This document shows, piece after piece, positions 26,166-37,460 of a DNA stretch of 64,000 nucleotides. The DNA is from Solirubrobacterales bacterium. Its GTDB lineage: Bacteria > Actinomycetota > Thermoleophilia > Solirubrobacterales > 70-9. Both the position numbers and the translations under genes were made by a program. Position 1 is the stretch's first letter. Every line of letters begins with the position of its first letter. Location of the stretch: NCBI GenBank assembly GCA_019456285.1, contig VRUE01000003.1, positions 1,867 through 65,866 on the forward strand, written 5' to 3'. Under the pieces are notes generated by a model. That model ran no database searches and was not told the origin of the DNA. It saw only the letters and a program-made list of their open reading frames with translations.

Positions 26166-26876
26166 TCAGGCACCCCCGGGGGTGCCTGCTGTCGCAGTGG
26201 TAGCAGAGCCGGTGGCGGTCTCGACTGTGCAGGCGATCCGGACTCCGGGCGTTCCCGTGGTGCGCCAGATCGAGGCGAAGGCGAGGCTCAGCGGCTCGGC
26301 GGGGCGGCCGGGCGGCAGCCCCCAGACCCACTCCTGAACCCCCTGCCGGTAGGGAGCCCACTCGACCGTCACCCCCCGCGCGCCGGTGAACTCATGGAAG
26401 GCGTCACTCAGCTCGACCGCGGCGAGGTCGGTGCCGCGCGCGTTGAACTCGACGATCGAGCTGGGCGGGACCTCCTGCTTGATCAGCTCTTCGCTGGGGC
26501 GCGGGTAGGAGGCGCGCCTGTTGGGGGTGCGGGCGACGATCGTGCGGCGCTGCACGCGGATCGGGCAGCGGATGCGGCCCCGCCCGGCGGCGCTGCCGGC
26601 GTCGATCGTGAGGACGGCGGCGACGCGGTAGAGCCTGTAGCCGCTGACGTTGGGCGCGGCGACGCGGATCCCGGCCCCGGAGAGCCGCATCTCCCCGCCG
26701 CCGGGGATCGCCGCCGGGGCGGAGTCGGGGAGCGGGCGCTTCGATTCCCAGCTCAGCTCCACCGCGCCGATCGGCTTGTCGGTGCTCAGCAGCGCCGCCG
26801 CCACGCAGCCGATCAGCCCCACGGCGATCACGATCAGCGCCCCCCGCGGCGGGCGAGTCTCTCGGCCCGCTTTCAT
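26166..26876 (-). CDS. hypothetical protein with N-terminal membrane anchor
   Basis: 236 aa with high GC3. N-terminal basic stretch plus LIVIAVGLIGCVAAALL helix. I recognised no family. The ATG lies 2 nt downstream of the tRNA-Arg 3' end. Confidence 0.5.
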   Translation of the reverse strand: MKAGRETRPPRGALIVIAVGLIGCVAAALLSTDKPIGAVELSWESKRPLPDSAPAAIPGGGEMRLSGAGIRVAAPNVSGYRLYRVAAVLTIDAGSAAGRGRIRCPIRVQRRTIVARTPNRRASYPRPSEELIKQEVPPSSIVEFNARGTDLAAVELSDAFHEFTGARGVTVEWAPYRQGVQEWVWGLPPGRPAEPLSLAFASIWRTTGTPGVRIACTVETATGSATTATAGTPGGA

Positions 26877-26878
26877 GA

Positions 26879-26952
26879 CGCGCCCGACAGGATTCGAACC
26901 TGCGACTTCCAGCTCCGGAGGCTGGCGCTCTATCCAGCTGAGCTACGGGCGC
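26879..26952 (-). tRNA. tRNA-Arg (anticodon CCG), no encoded CCA
   Basis: The reverse complement GCGCCCGTAGCTCAGCTGGATAGAGCGCCAGCCTCCGGAGCTGGAAGTCGCAGGTTCGAATCCTGTCGGGCGCG folds as a cloverleaf: acceptor GCGCCCG/CGGGCGC, anticodon loop CTCCGGA, T-loop GGTTCGAATCC. The next bases are TCA, not CCA. Confidence 0.93.
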
Positions 26953-27009
26953 AGGGAGGTCAGTTTAGCTTCGCTGTCCCGCTTCTCTGTCGCGTAGGCT
27001 CGCGGCACC

Positions 27010-27975
27010 ATGGATCTCTCGGTGATCTTCCTCGGCACCGGCGGCTCGGTGCCCTCGGCGCGGCGCTCGACCGCGAGCCTGCTGGTGGCGCGCGGGGGGG
27101 AGCGGCTGATGTTCGACTGCGGGGAAGGGACGCAGCGCCAGCTTCAACGCTCGCTGGGTCTGGCCCAGGTCGACGAGATCTACCTCACCCACTTCCACGC
27201 CGACCACTTCCTCGGCCTGCCGGGGCTGCTGAAGACATACGACCTGACCGACCGCCGGGCGCCGCTGACCGTCTATGGGCCGCGCGGCCTGCGCGGCCTG
27301 TTCAAGACGCTGACCCGGATCGTCGGGAGGATCGGGTTCAAGCTGGAATTGGTCGAGCTGGAGCCCGGCGACTCGATCCCGCTCGAGGCTGGCGAGGTGC
27401 GCGCCTTCGCGGTCGAGCACAGCGTTCGCGCCTGCGGCTACGCGCTGGTCGAGGAGGACCGGCCCGGTCGTTTCGACCCCGATGCCGCGAAGCGGCTCGG
27501 CGTGCCGGAAGGCCCGGCCTTCGCCGCGCTGCAGCGCGGCGAGCAGGTCGAGGGGGGACCCGGCCCGGTCCGCCCCAAGGACGTGATGGGGGAGCCGCGC
27601 CCCGGCCGCACCGTGGTCGTCACCGGCGACACCGCGCCGTGCAAGGCGACGGCCGAGGCCGCCCGCGGCGCCGAGCTGCTCGTCCACGACGCCAGCTTCT
27701 CCGAAGAGGAGGCGCAGCGCGCCGCCGACACGGGCCATTCCACCGTTGGCCAGGCCGCCGCCGTGGCGCGCCAGGCCGGGGTGAAGATGCTGGCCCTGGT
27801 CCACATCTCCTCTCGCTACCACGTGGGCGCGGTGCTGGAGGAGGCGCGGGAGGTCTTCGAGCCGGCGATCGCCCCCCGCGACTTCGACCTGATTGAGATC
27901 CCCTTCCCCGAGCGGGGTGAGCCGACCCTGGTCCTCAACGGCGCCCGCGAGCGCGAGCCGCGATCACCCGGGTAG
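27010..27975 (+). CDS. rnz: ribonuclease Z
   Basis: FLGTGGSVPS..R....LLV, LMFDCGEGTQRQL, and THFHADHFLGLPGLL (HxHxDH) blocks. Confidence 0.9.
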   Translation: MDLSVIFLGTGGSVPSARRSTASLLVARGGERLMFDCGEGTQRQLQRSLGLAQVDEIYLTHFHADHFLGLPGLLKTYDLTDRRAPLTVYGPRGLRGLFKTLTRIVGRIGFKLELVELEPGDSIPLEAGEVRAFAVEHSVRACGYALVEEDRPGRFDPDAAKRLGVPEGPAFAALQRGEQVEGGPGPVRPKDVMGEPRPGRTVVVTGDTAPCKATAEAARGAELLVHDASFSEEEAQRAADTGHSTVGQAAAVARQAGVKMLALVHISSRYHVGAVLEEAREVFEPAIAPRDFDLIEIPFPERGEPTLVLNGAREREPRSPG

Positions 27976-28028
27976 GCCCACGCGGCACTCCCCGCCGATG
28001 GGCCGATTTCCCACCGTATAGGCGTATT

Positions 28029-28907
28029 TTAGGCCCGTCGGCCGGCTTGGGTGGAGGAGGCGATGGCCTCGGCTACGGCGGGGGCCTGGTCCTCCTGGAG
28101 GAAGTGCTTGGCCGGCAGCAGGGTGGGCTGCTCGACCCCGAGCGCCCTCTGCACCGCCTGCCGCCGCCGCTCTCCCAGCGCCGGGTCGTCGCGGCCCCAG
28201 ACGACCTGGGCCGGGTAGTCCCGCCCGGCGAGCCCGTCGAAGAAGAAGCGCTCCTTCTGCTCGGTCAGCTCGAAGCCGCGCATGATCCGCAGGAACGCCC
28301 GGCCGTTATCCTCGCGGCGCAGCAGCGCCTGATGGGCGTAGACCTCGGCCCGGGGCGCCGCGGCGCGGTCCTTGACTCCCTGCAGGTAGAAGATCTCGCT
28401 GAAGAGGAACTTCGGCGTGCCGCGCAGCCAAACCTCGCCCACACCGCGGATCGAGAAGGGGTGCATCGACCAGGGCCGGCGGAAGGTGGCGGCGTCGACC
28501 AGGGTGTTGAGCGCGGTCAGCGACAGCACCCGCTCGGGATTGCGGATCGCCCACTCGAAGCCGACCGGCCCGCCGATGTCGTGGACGACCAGGTGGCAGC
28601 GCTCGATCCCGAGCGCGTCGATCGCCGCCCCGGTCCAGCTGGCCAACCCGCTCCAGCTGTAGTCGAACCCCTCGGGCCGCTCCGCCAGCCCCAGCCCGGG
28701 CAGGTCGAACGCGACCCCCCGCAGTCCCCGCGCCGCCAGCTCCGGCACCACCTTTCGGTACAGAAAGCAGCTGACCGGGACCCCGTGCATCAGCACCACC
28801 GGATCCCCATCGCCCTGCTCCAGCACAAAGCTCCCGACCCCAGCAGCCTCGAACCTCCTCCCGGCCGCCTCATGTCGCGCGATCACGTCCCTCACCTTCT
28901 GTTTCAT
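28029..28907 (-). CDS. alpha/beta-fold hydrolase (haloalkane dehalogenase-like)
   Basis: PVVLMHGVP.S.FLYRKV, and a VVHDIGGPVG nucleophile-elbow region. Start at ATG 28907 (MKQKVRD...). Confidence 0.85.
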   Translation of the reverse strand: MKQKVRDVIARHEAAGRRFEAAGVGSFVLEQGDGDPVVLMHGVPVSCFLYRKVVPELAARGLRGVAFDLPGLGLAERPEGFDYSWSGLASWTGAAIDALGIERCHLVVHDIGGPVGFEWAIRNPERVLSLTALNTLVDAATFRRPWSMHPFSIRGVGEVWLRGTPKFLFSEIFYLQGVKDRAAAPRAEVYAHQALLRREDNGRAFLRIMRGFELTEQKERFFFDGLAGRDYPAQVVWGRDDPALGERRRQAVQRALGVEQPTLLPAKHFLQEDQAPAVAEAIASSTQAGRRA

Positions 28908-29171
28908 CGCGGACAGAGTTACAGGGTTGAACGCGTGGGGTCGTGCCGAGCGACGCGAGCACTGAGTGGGTCGGGGGGCCGCCTCGGAGGCGCCTCCCCT
29001 CGGCACCGCGGAGTGGTTCCTGCCCCGAAGGGGCACCGTCTTCACCCACCGGAGGTGGGCATGGGCGTCCGACGAGGTGGTCCCCGACCCACCCAACCCA
29101 CCGTCGAAACCACCCCCGACCCACCCCAACGCGTCAACCATCGCTGCTACGCTTGCGGCGTCCTTTAACCC

Positions 29172-29185
29172 GGTCCAGTGAGGCC
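29172..29185 (+). promoter_or_regulatory. probable PyrR-binding RNA loop next to the pyrR ribosome-binding site
   Basis: GGTCCAGTGAGGCC matches about 12 of 14 positions of the PyrR box ARUCCAGAGAGGYU. It is followed 2 nt later by SD GGAAGGAG (29187-29194) and GTG 29201. Confidence 0.55.
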
Positions 29186-29200
29186 AGGAAGGAGCAAGAG

Positions 29201-29761
29201 GTGAGCGAGAAGGTCGTGCTCGAGCACGACGACCTGAGGCGAACGCTGCGGCGGATCGCCCATGAGATCGCCGAGAAGAACCCGGACCCCGAGGGCCTGG
29301 CGGTTGTCGGGATCCATACGCGGGGCGCCCTGCTGGCCCGCCGCCTCCACGCCCTGCTCGGCGAGCTGACCGCTACCGAGACGCCGATCGGCGACATCGA
29401 CATCTCCTTCTACCGCGACGACCTCGGGGCGAAGGACCCCGCCGCGCAGCCGGTCGTCCACGCCTCCCACATCGACTTCGACCTCTCCGGCCGCACCGTC
29501 GTCCTGGTCGACGACGTGCTCTTCACCGGCCGCACCGCGCGGGCCGCGGTCGAGGCCCTCTTCGACTACGGGCGCCCGCAGCGGGTGCAGCTCGCCGTGC
29601 TCTGCGACCGCGGCCACCGCGAGCTGCCGATCCGGCCCGACTACGTCGGCAAGAACCTGCCGACGGCGCGCGAGGAGCGGGTCAACGTGCGGCTGGAGGA
29701 GAGCGACGCGGTCGACGAGGTGACGATCTCCGAGCCGCAAACGACGACGGCGGCGGCGTGA
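29201..29761 (+). CDS. pyrR: bifunctional pyr operon regulator / uracil phosphoribosyltransferase PyrR
   Basis: L.R...EI.E.N......L.VGI.TRG..LA.RL, and a PRPP motif VVLVDDVLFTGRT.RAA. GTG start with a strong SD. Confidence 0.93.
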   Translation: MSEKVVLEHDDLRRTLRRIAHEIAEKNPDPEGLAVVGIHTRGALLARRLHALLGELTATETPIGDIDISFYRDDLGAKDPAAQPVVHASHIDFDLSGRTVVLVDDVLFTGRTARAAVEALFDYGRPQRVQLAVLCDRGHRELPIRPDYVGKNLPTAREERVNVRLEESDAVDEVTISEPQTTTAAA

Positions 29762-30720
29762 GGCACCTGCTTACGATCGAGCAGCTCTCGCGGGCGGAGA
29801 TCGAGGCGATCCTCGACCGCGCCGAGAGCTTCGCCGAGGTCGGACGGCGCGACATCAAGAAGGTGCCGATCCTGCGCGGCCGCACCGTGGTCAGCCTCTT
29901 CTACGAGGCGAGCACCCGCACCAGCTCCTCCTTCGAGCTGGCGGCGAAGCGGCTCTCGGCCGATCTCGTCTCGGTCAGGGCGGCCGGCTCCTCGGTCGAC
30001 AAGGGCGAGTCGCTGAAGGACACGGTGGCGACCCTCTCCGCCTACGACCCGGCGGCGATCGTGATCCGCCATCCCCACGCCGGCGCCGCGCAGCTGGTCG
30101 CCGAGTGGGCCGAGGCGGCGGTCGTCAACGCCGGCGACGGCAAGCACGAGCACCCCAGCCAAGCGCTGCTCGACGTCTTCACGCTGCGACGACGGCTCGA
30201 CTCGCTGGAGGGGAAGCAGATCTGGATCGTCGGCGACGTCCTGCACAGCCGCGTCGCCCGCTCCAACCTGAGCGCCTTCCGCGCGATGGGCGCGGAGGTG
30301 ACGGTCTGCGGGCCGCCGACCCTGATCCCGCGCGGGATCGAGGCGCTCGGCTGCAAGGTCGCCCACTCGCTCGAGCGGCTCGGCGAGGCCGACGTCGTCT
30401 ACGTGCTGCGGCTGCAGCGGGAGCGGATGAAGGAGAGCTTCGTGCCCTCGATCCGCGAGTACGCCGTTCACTTCCAGATCGACTCGCGGCGGCTCGGGCC
30501 GCGCCAGCTGCTGATGCACCCCGGCCCGGTCAACCGCGGGGTCGAGCTCTCCGGGGAGGCGATCGACTCGCCGCAGTCGCTGATCGCCGAGCAGGTCGCG
30601 TCGGGCCTGGTGGTGCGGATGGCGATCCTCTACGAGCTGCTGGCGGCGAGCGGCGAGCGGCCGGCGCCGGCCGCGGGCGACGGCGCCGCGCGGCCGATCC
30701 CGATAGGACAGCCGGCGTGA
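29758..30720 (+). CDS. pyrB: aspartate carbamoyltransferase catalytic subunit
   Basis: LFYEASTRTSSSFELAAKRL, KGES..DT, HPSQALLD, and HPGP.NRG blocks. GTGA overlap with pyrR. Confidence 0.95.
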   Translation: MRHLLTIEQLSRAEIEAILDRAESFAEVGRRDIKKVPILRGRTVVSLFYEASTRTSSSFELAAKRLSADLVSVRAAGSSVDKGESLKDTVATLSAYDPAAIVIRHPHAGAAQLVAEWAEAAVVNAGDGKHEHPSQALLDVFTLRRRLDSLEGKQIWIVGDVLHSRVARSNLSAFRAMGAEVTVCGPPTLIPRGIEALGCKVAHSLERLGEADVVYVLRLQRERMKESFVPSIREYAVHFQIDSRRLGPRQLLMHPGPVNRGVELSGEAIDSPQSLIAEQVASGLVVRMAILYELLAASGERPAPAAGDGAARPIPIGQPA

Positions 30721-32066
30721 GCCTGGCCGGGGCGCTCGACATGCGCGCCGGCGAGGGCGCGGATCTGGTCCTGCGCGGCGCAACCGTGCTCGACCCTCTG
30801 GCCGGGATCGAGGGCGCCCACGACGTGGTGATCCGCGCCGGCCGGATCGCCGAGCTGGCGGCGCCGGGCTCGGCGTCCGGGGACGGGGCCGAGCCGGTCG
30901 AGGCCGAGGGCCTGCACGCCTTCCCGGCCTTCTTCGACCCGCACGTGCACCTGCGCACCCCCGGTCAGGAGTACAAGGAGGACATCGAGACGGGGACCCG
31001 CGCCGCCGCCGCCGGCGGCTACTGCGGAATCATCGCGATGGCAAATACCGAGCCGCCCGTCTCCACCGCCGCCGACATCGAGGCGCTGCGCGAGCGAGCC
31101 CGCCTGGTGGCCTCGGTCCCGGTCGGCTTCCTCGCCACCGTCACCCGCGGCATGGAGGGCGAGGGGCTGACCGAGATGGCCGCGCTGATCGAGGCCGGCG
31201 CGGTCGGCTTCAGCGACGACGGGCTGCCGATCCGCAGCGCCGGCATCCTGCGGCGCGCTCTCCAGTACCAGCGGCTCTGCGGTGGCGTGATCGCCCTGCA
31301 CGAGGAGGATCCCGAGCTGTCGGGCGACGGGGTGATGCACGAGGGCCCGGTCTCCGCCGCGCTCGGCCTGGCCGGCGTGCCCTCGGTCTCGGAGTCGACG
31401 ACGATCGCCCGCGACGCGGCGCTGGCCGGTTACGAGGGAGGCCGGATCCACGTCCAGCACCTCTCCGCCGCCGAGTCGGTGGATGCCGTCCGGGTCGCCA
31501 GGGCGGCCGGGGCCCAGATCACCTGCGAGGCGACGCCGCACCACCTCTGCCTCACCGACGAGGCGGTGCGCAGCCTCGACCCGCTCCGCTTCAAGATGAA
31601 CCCGCCGCTGCGCTCCGAGACCGACCGCCGGGCGCTGATCGAGGGCCTGCGCGACGGCACGATCGATTGCATCGCCACCGACCATGCGCCGCACGCGACG
31701 GAGGAAAAGGAGGTCCCGTTCGAGCAGGCGGCGATGGGGGTGACCGGGCTGGAGACGGCGTTCGCCGCGGTCCACACCGACCTCGTCCTGCCCGGCGTGC
31801 TCGACCTCGGCCTCGTTGTCGAGCGGATGGCCGGCGGCGCCGAGCCCTTCGGGCTGGAGCGGCCCACCCTGGCGCCGGGCAGCGAGGCCAACGTTGTCCT
31901 CTGCGACCTCGGCGCCGAGTGGACGGTGGGCGAGGACGGCTACGAGAGCCGCTCGCTCAACTCCTGGTGCGCGGGCCGCACCCTGACCGGCCGGGTGCTG
32001 ATGACGGTGGCGGGCGGCCAGGTCGCCTATCGGCTGCGCAGCTTTTCGTTGGGAGTGGCGGCATGA
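30717..32066 (+). CDS. pyrC: dihydroorotase
   Basis: FFDPHVHLRTPGQEYKEDI.TG..AAA.GG, and the later ATDHAPH block. GTGA overlap with pyrB. Confidence 0.93.
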   Translation: MSLAGALDMRAGEGADLVLRGATVLDPLAGIEGAHDVVIRAGRIAELAAPGSASGDGAEPVEAEGLHAFPAFFDPHVHLRTPGQEYKEDIETGTRAAAAGGYCGIIAMANTEPPVSTAADIEALRERARLVASVPVGFLATVTRGMEGEGLTEMAALIEAGAVGFSDDGLPIRSAGILRRALQYQRLCGGVIALHEEDPELSGDGVMHEGPVSAALGLAGVPSVSESTTIARDAALAGYEGGRIHVQHLSAAESVDAVRVARAAGAQITCEATPHHLCLTDEAVRSLDPLRFKMNPPLRSETDRRALIEGLRDGTIDCIATDHAPHATEEKEVPFEQAAMGVTGLETAFAAVHTDLVLPGVLDLGLVVERMAGGAEPFGLERPTLAPGSEANVVLCDLGAEWTVGEDGYESRSLNSWCAGRTLTGRVLMTVAGGQVAYRLRSFSLGVAA

Positions 32067-33175
32067 GTGCCGCCTACGTCCTGCTCGAAGACGGAACCCG
32101 CCTCGACGGCGAGCTCTGCGGCCATCCCGAGGCGGCGACCGGCGAGGTTGTCTTCAACACCTCGATGACCGGCTACCAGGAGTCGGTCACCGACCCCTCC
32201 TACGCGGGCCAGATCATCATCTTCACCTATCCGCTGATCGGCAACTACGGCGTCTCGGCCGAGGCGATGGAGTCGGACCGCATCCACGCCCGCGGGGCGA
32301 TCATGCGCGACGCCAAGAACTACCAGGACGCCGCCACCGCCGAGGGCGGCTGGCTGGACTGGCTCGCGGACTGCGGCGTGCCCGGGATCGGCGGCGTCGA
32401 CACGCGGGCGCTGGTCCGCCAGATCCGCGACCGCGGCGCGATGCGCGGCGGCATCTTCCCCGCCGATCTGCCCGAGGCCGAGGCGCGCGAGCGGGTCGCC
32501 GCCGAGCCATCGATGGACGGCGCCGACCTCGCACGCACGGTGACGCCGCCCGAGCCGGTTCGCTTCGAGGGGGACGGCCCGCACGTGGTCGGGATCGACA
32601 CCGGCGTCAAGACGAGCATCGTCCGGCAGCTCCGGCAGCGCGGCTGCCGCCTCACCCTGCTGCCCTGCACGTCCTCTGCCGCCGACGTGCTCGCCGAGGA
32701 CCCCGACCTGGTCTTCCTCGCCAACGGTCCCGGTGACCCGGCGGCGCTCGGCTACATCGTCGACACCGTCCGCGAGCTGGTCGGCAAGCGCCCGCTCTTC
32801 GGCATCTGCCTCGGCCACCAGCTGCTCTGCCGCGCCGTCGGCCTCGAGACCTTCAAGCTGCCCTTCGGCCACCGCGGCGCCAACCACCCGGTCAAGGACC
32901 TGACCAGCGGGCGGATTGACATCACCTCCCAGAACCACGGCTTCGCCGTGCAGGGGCCGGGCGGGGAGCCGCGGATCGAGGGCGACGAGCCGGTCCGCTG
33001 GGAGACCGACTTCGGCGTCGCCGAGCTCACCCACCTCAACCTCTACGACCGCACGGTCGAGGGGCTGGTGCTGAAGGACGTTCCCGGGGCGACCGTCCAG
33101 TACCACCCCGAGGCCGGCCCCGGCCCCCACGACGCCCGCCACCTCTTCGACTCCTTCCTCGCCCTGGCCGGATGA
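32063..33175 (+). CDS. carA: carbamoyl-phosphate synthase small (glutaminase) subunit
   Basis: VFNTSMTGYQES.TDPSY.GQI...TYP.IGNYG, and GICLGHQLL with the catalytic Cys. ATGA overlap with pyrC. Confidence 0.95.
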   Translation: MSAAYVLLEDGTRLDGELCGHPEAATGEVVFNTSMTGYQESVTDPSYAGQIIIFTYPLIGNYGVSAEAMESDRIHARGAIMRDAKNYQDAATAEGGWLDWLADCGVPGIGGVDTRALVRQIRDRGAMRGGIFPADLPEAEARERVAAEPSMDGADLARTVTPPEPVRFEGDGPHVVGIDTGVKTSIVRQLRQRGCRLTLLPCTSSAADVLAEDPDLVFLANGPGDPAALGYIVDTVRELVGKRPLFGICLGHQLLCRAVGLETFKLPFGHRGANHPVKDLTSGRIDITSQNHGFAVQGPGGEPRIEGDEPVRWETDFGVAELTHLNLYDRTVEGLVLKDVPGATVQYHPEAGPGPHDARHLFDSFLALAG

Positions 33176-33250
33176 CGCTGCAAACCTTCGCCTGCCCGCG
33201 TCATCGGTCGCTCGCGTGCAGAGCACGCCACGCTCCCTGCTTCCTTGGCA
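33176..33250. repeat. family-1 intercistronic repeat, copy C (5'-divergent)
   Basis: TCGGTCGCTCGCGTGCAGAGCACGCCACGCTCCCTGCTTCCTTGG aligns almost base-for-base with copy B (TCGGTCGCTTGTGTGCAGAGCACGCCACGCTCCCTGCGTCCTTGA). It starts at the carA TGA. Confidence 0.75.
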
Positions 33251-33292
33251 GACTCGGTTTTCGCGCCCCCGGACCAAGGCGAAAGGCAAGCC

Positions 33293-36406
<3,114 letters not shown>

Positions 36407-36432
36407 ATTCACCGCAAAAGGATCGAATGCCC

Positions 36433-36460
36433 TTGCACGGCCGCGGGCCGCGGCTATACT
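36433..36460 (+). promoter_or_regulatory. probable sigma-70-type promoter of mihF (TTGCAC-16 nt-TATACT)
   Basis: The -35 TTGCAC is at 36433-36438 and the -10 TATACT at 36455-36460. ATG 36471 is only 10 nt from the -10, so the leader is very short or absent. The -10 context GGCTATACTCGCC recurs at 39091. Confidence 0.5.
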
Positions 36461-36470
36461 CGCCGCCCGC

Positions 36471-36803
36471 ATGCCCACCTCAGTCAAGACCTCCGCTGCG
36501 GCCCCCGAGAGATCGCTGGACCAGAGGATGGACGCGCTGAAGCGGGCAAACGGCATCCGCACCGCCCGCGCCAGGCTGAAGAAGAACCTGAAAGCGGGCA
36601 GGGACAGCATTCACGCGCTGCTTCTCGACCCGCCCGAGTACGTGATGACCGCGAAGGTCTTCGACATGCTCCTGGCCGTTCCCAAGTACGGTCGGGTGAA
36701 GACCAACCGCATCCTCAACCAGTGCCGGATCTCCCCCTCGAAGACGATCGGGGGGCTCTCCGAGCGGCAGCGGGCCGAGCTGGTGTCGCAGCTGCGCCGG
36801 TAG
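36471..36803 (+). CDS. mihF: integration host factor, actinobacterial type (mIHF/sIHF)
   Basis: RA.GIR..RA.LK..LK.G......L, V...L.A.P..G..K...IL....IS...T.GGLS..QR..L pattern. It sits directly upstream of gmk-rpoZ, as in Mycobacterium and Streptomyces. Confidence 0.88.
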   Translation: MPTSVKTSAAAPERSLDQRMDALKRANGIRTARARLKKNLKAGRDSIHALLLDPPEYVMTAKVFDMLLAVPKYGRVKTNRILNQCRISPSKTIGGLSERQRAELVSQLRR

Positions 36804-36858
36804 CGGCTGCTGCAAGCCGGCATCTCGGCGTCCTCGGTCCACCGACCCGCTTGGCCTT
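36804..36858. repeat. family-1 intercistronic repeat, copy D (short form)
   Basis: GGCATCTCGGCGTCCTCGGTCC-acc-GACCCGCTTGGCC keeps the left arm and the terminal CTTGGCC. Its central hairpin is a 4 bp GGTC/GACC. CGCTGCAAGCC after the stop resembles copy C (CGCTGCAAACC). Confidence 0.65.
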
Positions 36859-36881
36859 CGCGGCCGTTCGCGATCTGAACA

Positions 36882-37460
36882 ATGTCCAAAGTCTTCGTCA
36901 TCACGGGCCCGTCGGGAGTGGGCAAGGGGACGCTGATCTCCGAGCTGCTGCAGCGCCTGCCCGATCTCGAGCTCTCGATCTCCGCGACGACGAGGCAGCC
37001 CCGCGAGGGGGAGGTCGACGGCCGCGACTATCACTTCCTCGCCCCTGAGGAGTTCGATCGCCGTGTCGAGGCCGGCGACTTCCTCGAGTTCGCCACCTAC
37101 AGCGGCAACCGCTACGGGACGCTGCGCTCCGAGGCGCGGCGGCGCCTCGCCGCCGGCCGCTCGGTGGTGCTGGAGATCGAGGTGCAGGGGGCGCGCCAGG
37201 TCCGCGCCGCGATGCGGGAGTCGGTCCAGGTCTTCATCGCCCCGCCCGAGCCCGGCCTGCTGCGACGCCGCCTCGAATCCAGGGGGACCGACTCCGCCGC
37301 GGCGATCGACGCCCGGCTCGAGGTCGCCGAGCAGGAGCTGGCCGCCCAGGACGAGTTCCCCCACCGGGTCGTCAACGACGACCTCGGGCGCGCCGCAGAC
37401 GAGCTGGAGGGGATCGTGCGCACCGAACTCGGCCTCCCACTACACTCCGGTGCCGAGTGA
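36882..37460 (+). CDS. gmk: guanylate kinase
   Basis: VITGPSGVGKGTL P-loop, SATTR.PR.GE.DG.DY.F, and EIE.QGA blocks. Confidence 0.95.
   Translation: MSKVFVITGPSGVGKGTLISELLQRLPDLELSISATTRQPREGEVDGRDYHFLAPEEFDRRVEAGDFLEFATYSGNRYGTLRSEARRRLAAGRSVVLEIEVQGARQVRAAMRESVQVFIAPPEPGLLRRRLESRGTDSAAAIDARLEVAEQELAAQDEFPHRVVNDDLGRAADELEGIVRTELGLPLHSGAE

Noticed and set aside
26168-26185. An 18 nt perfect palindrome GGCACCCCCGGGGGTGCC as a regulatory site or terminator.
   Set aside because: It lies inside the last codons of the 26166-26876 ORF and has no loop. It may contribute to termination between the convergent genes, but nothing distinguishes it from chance GC palindromes.
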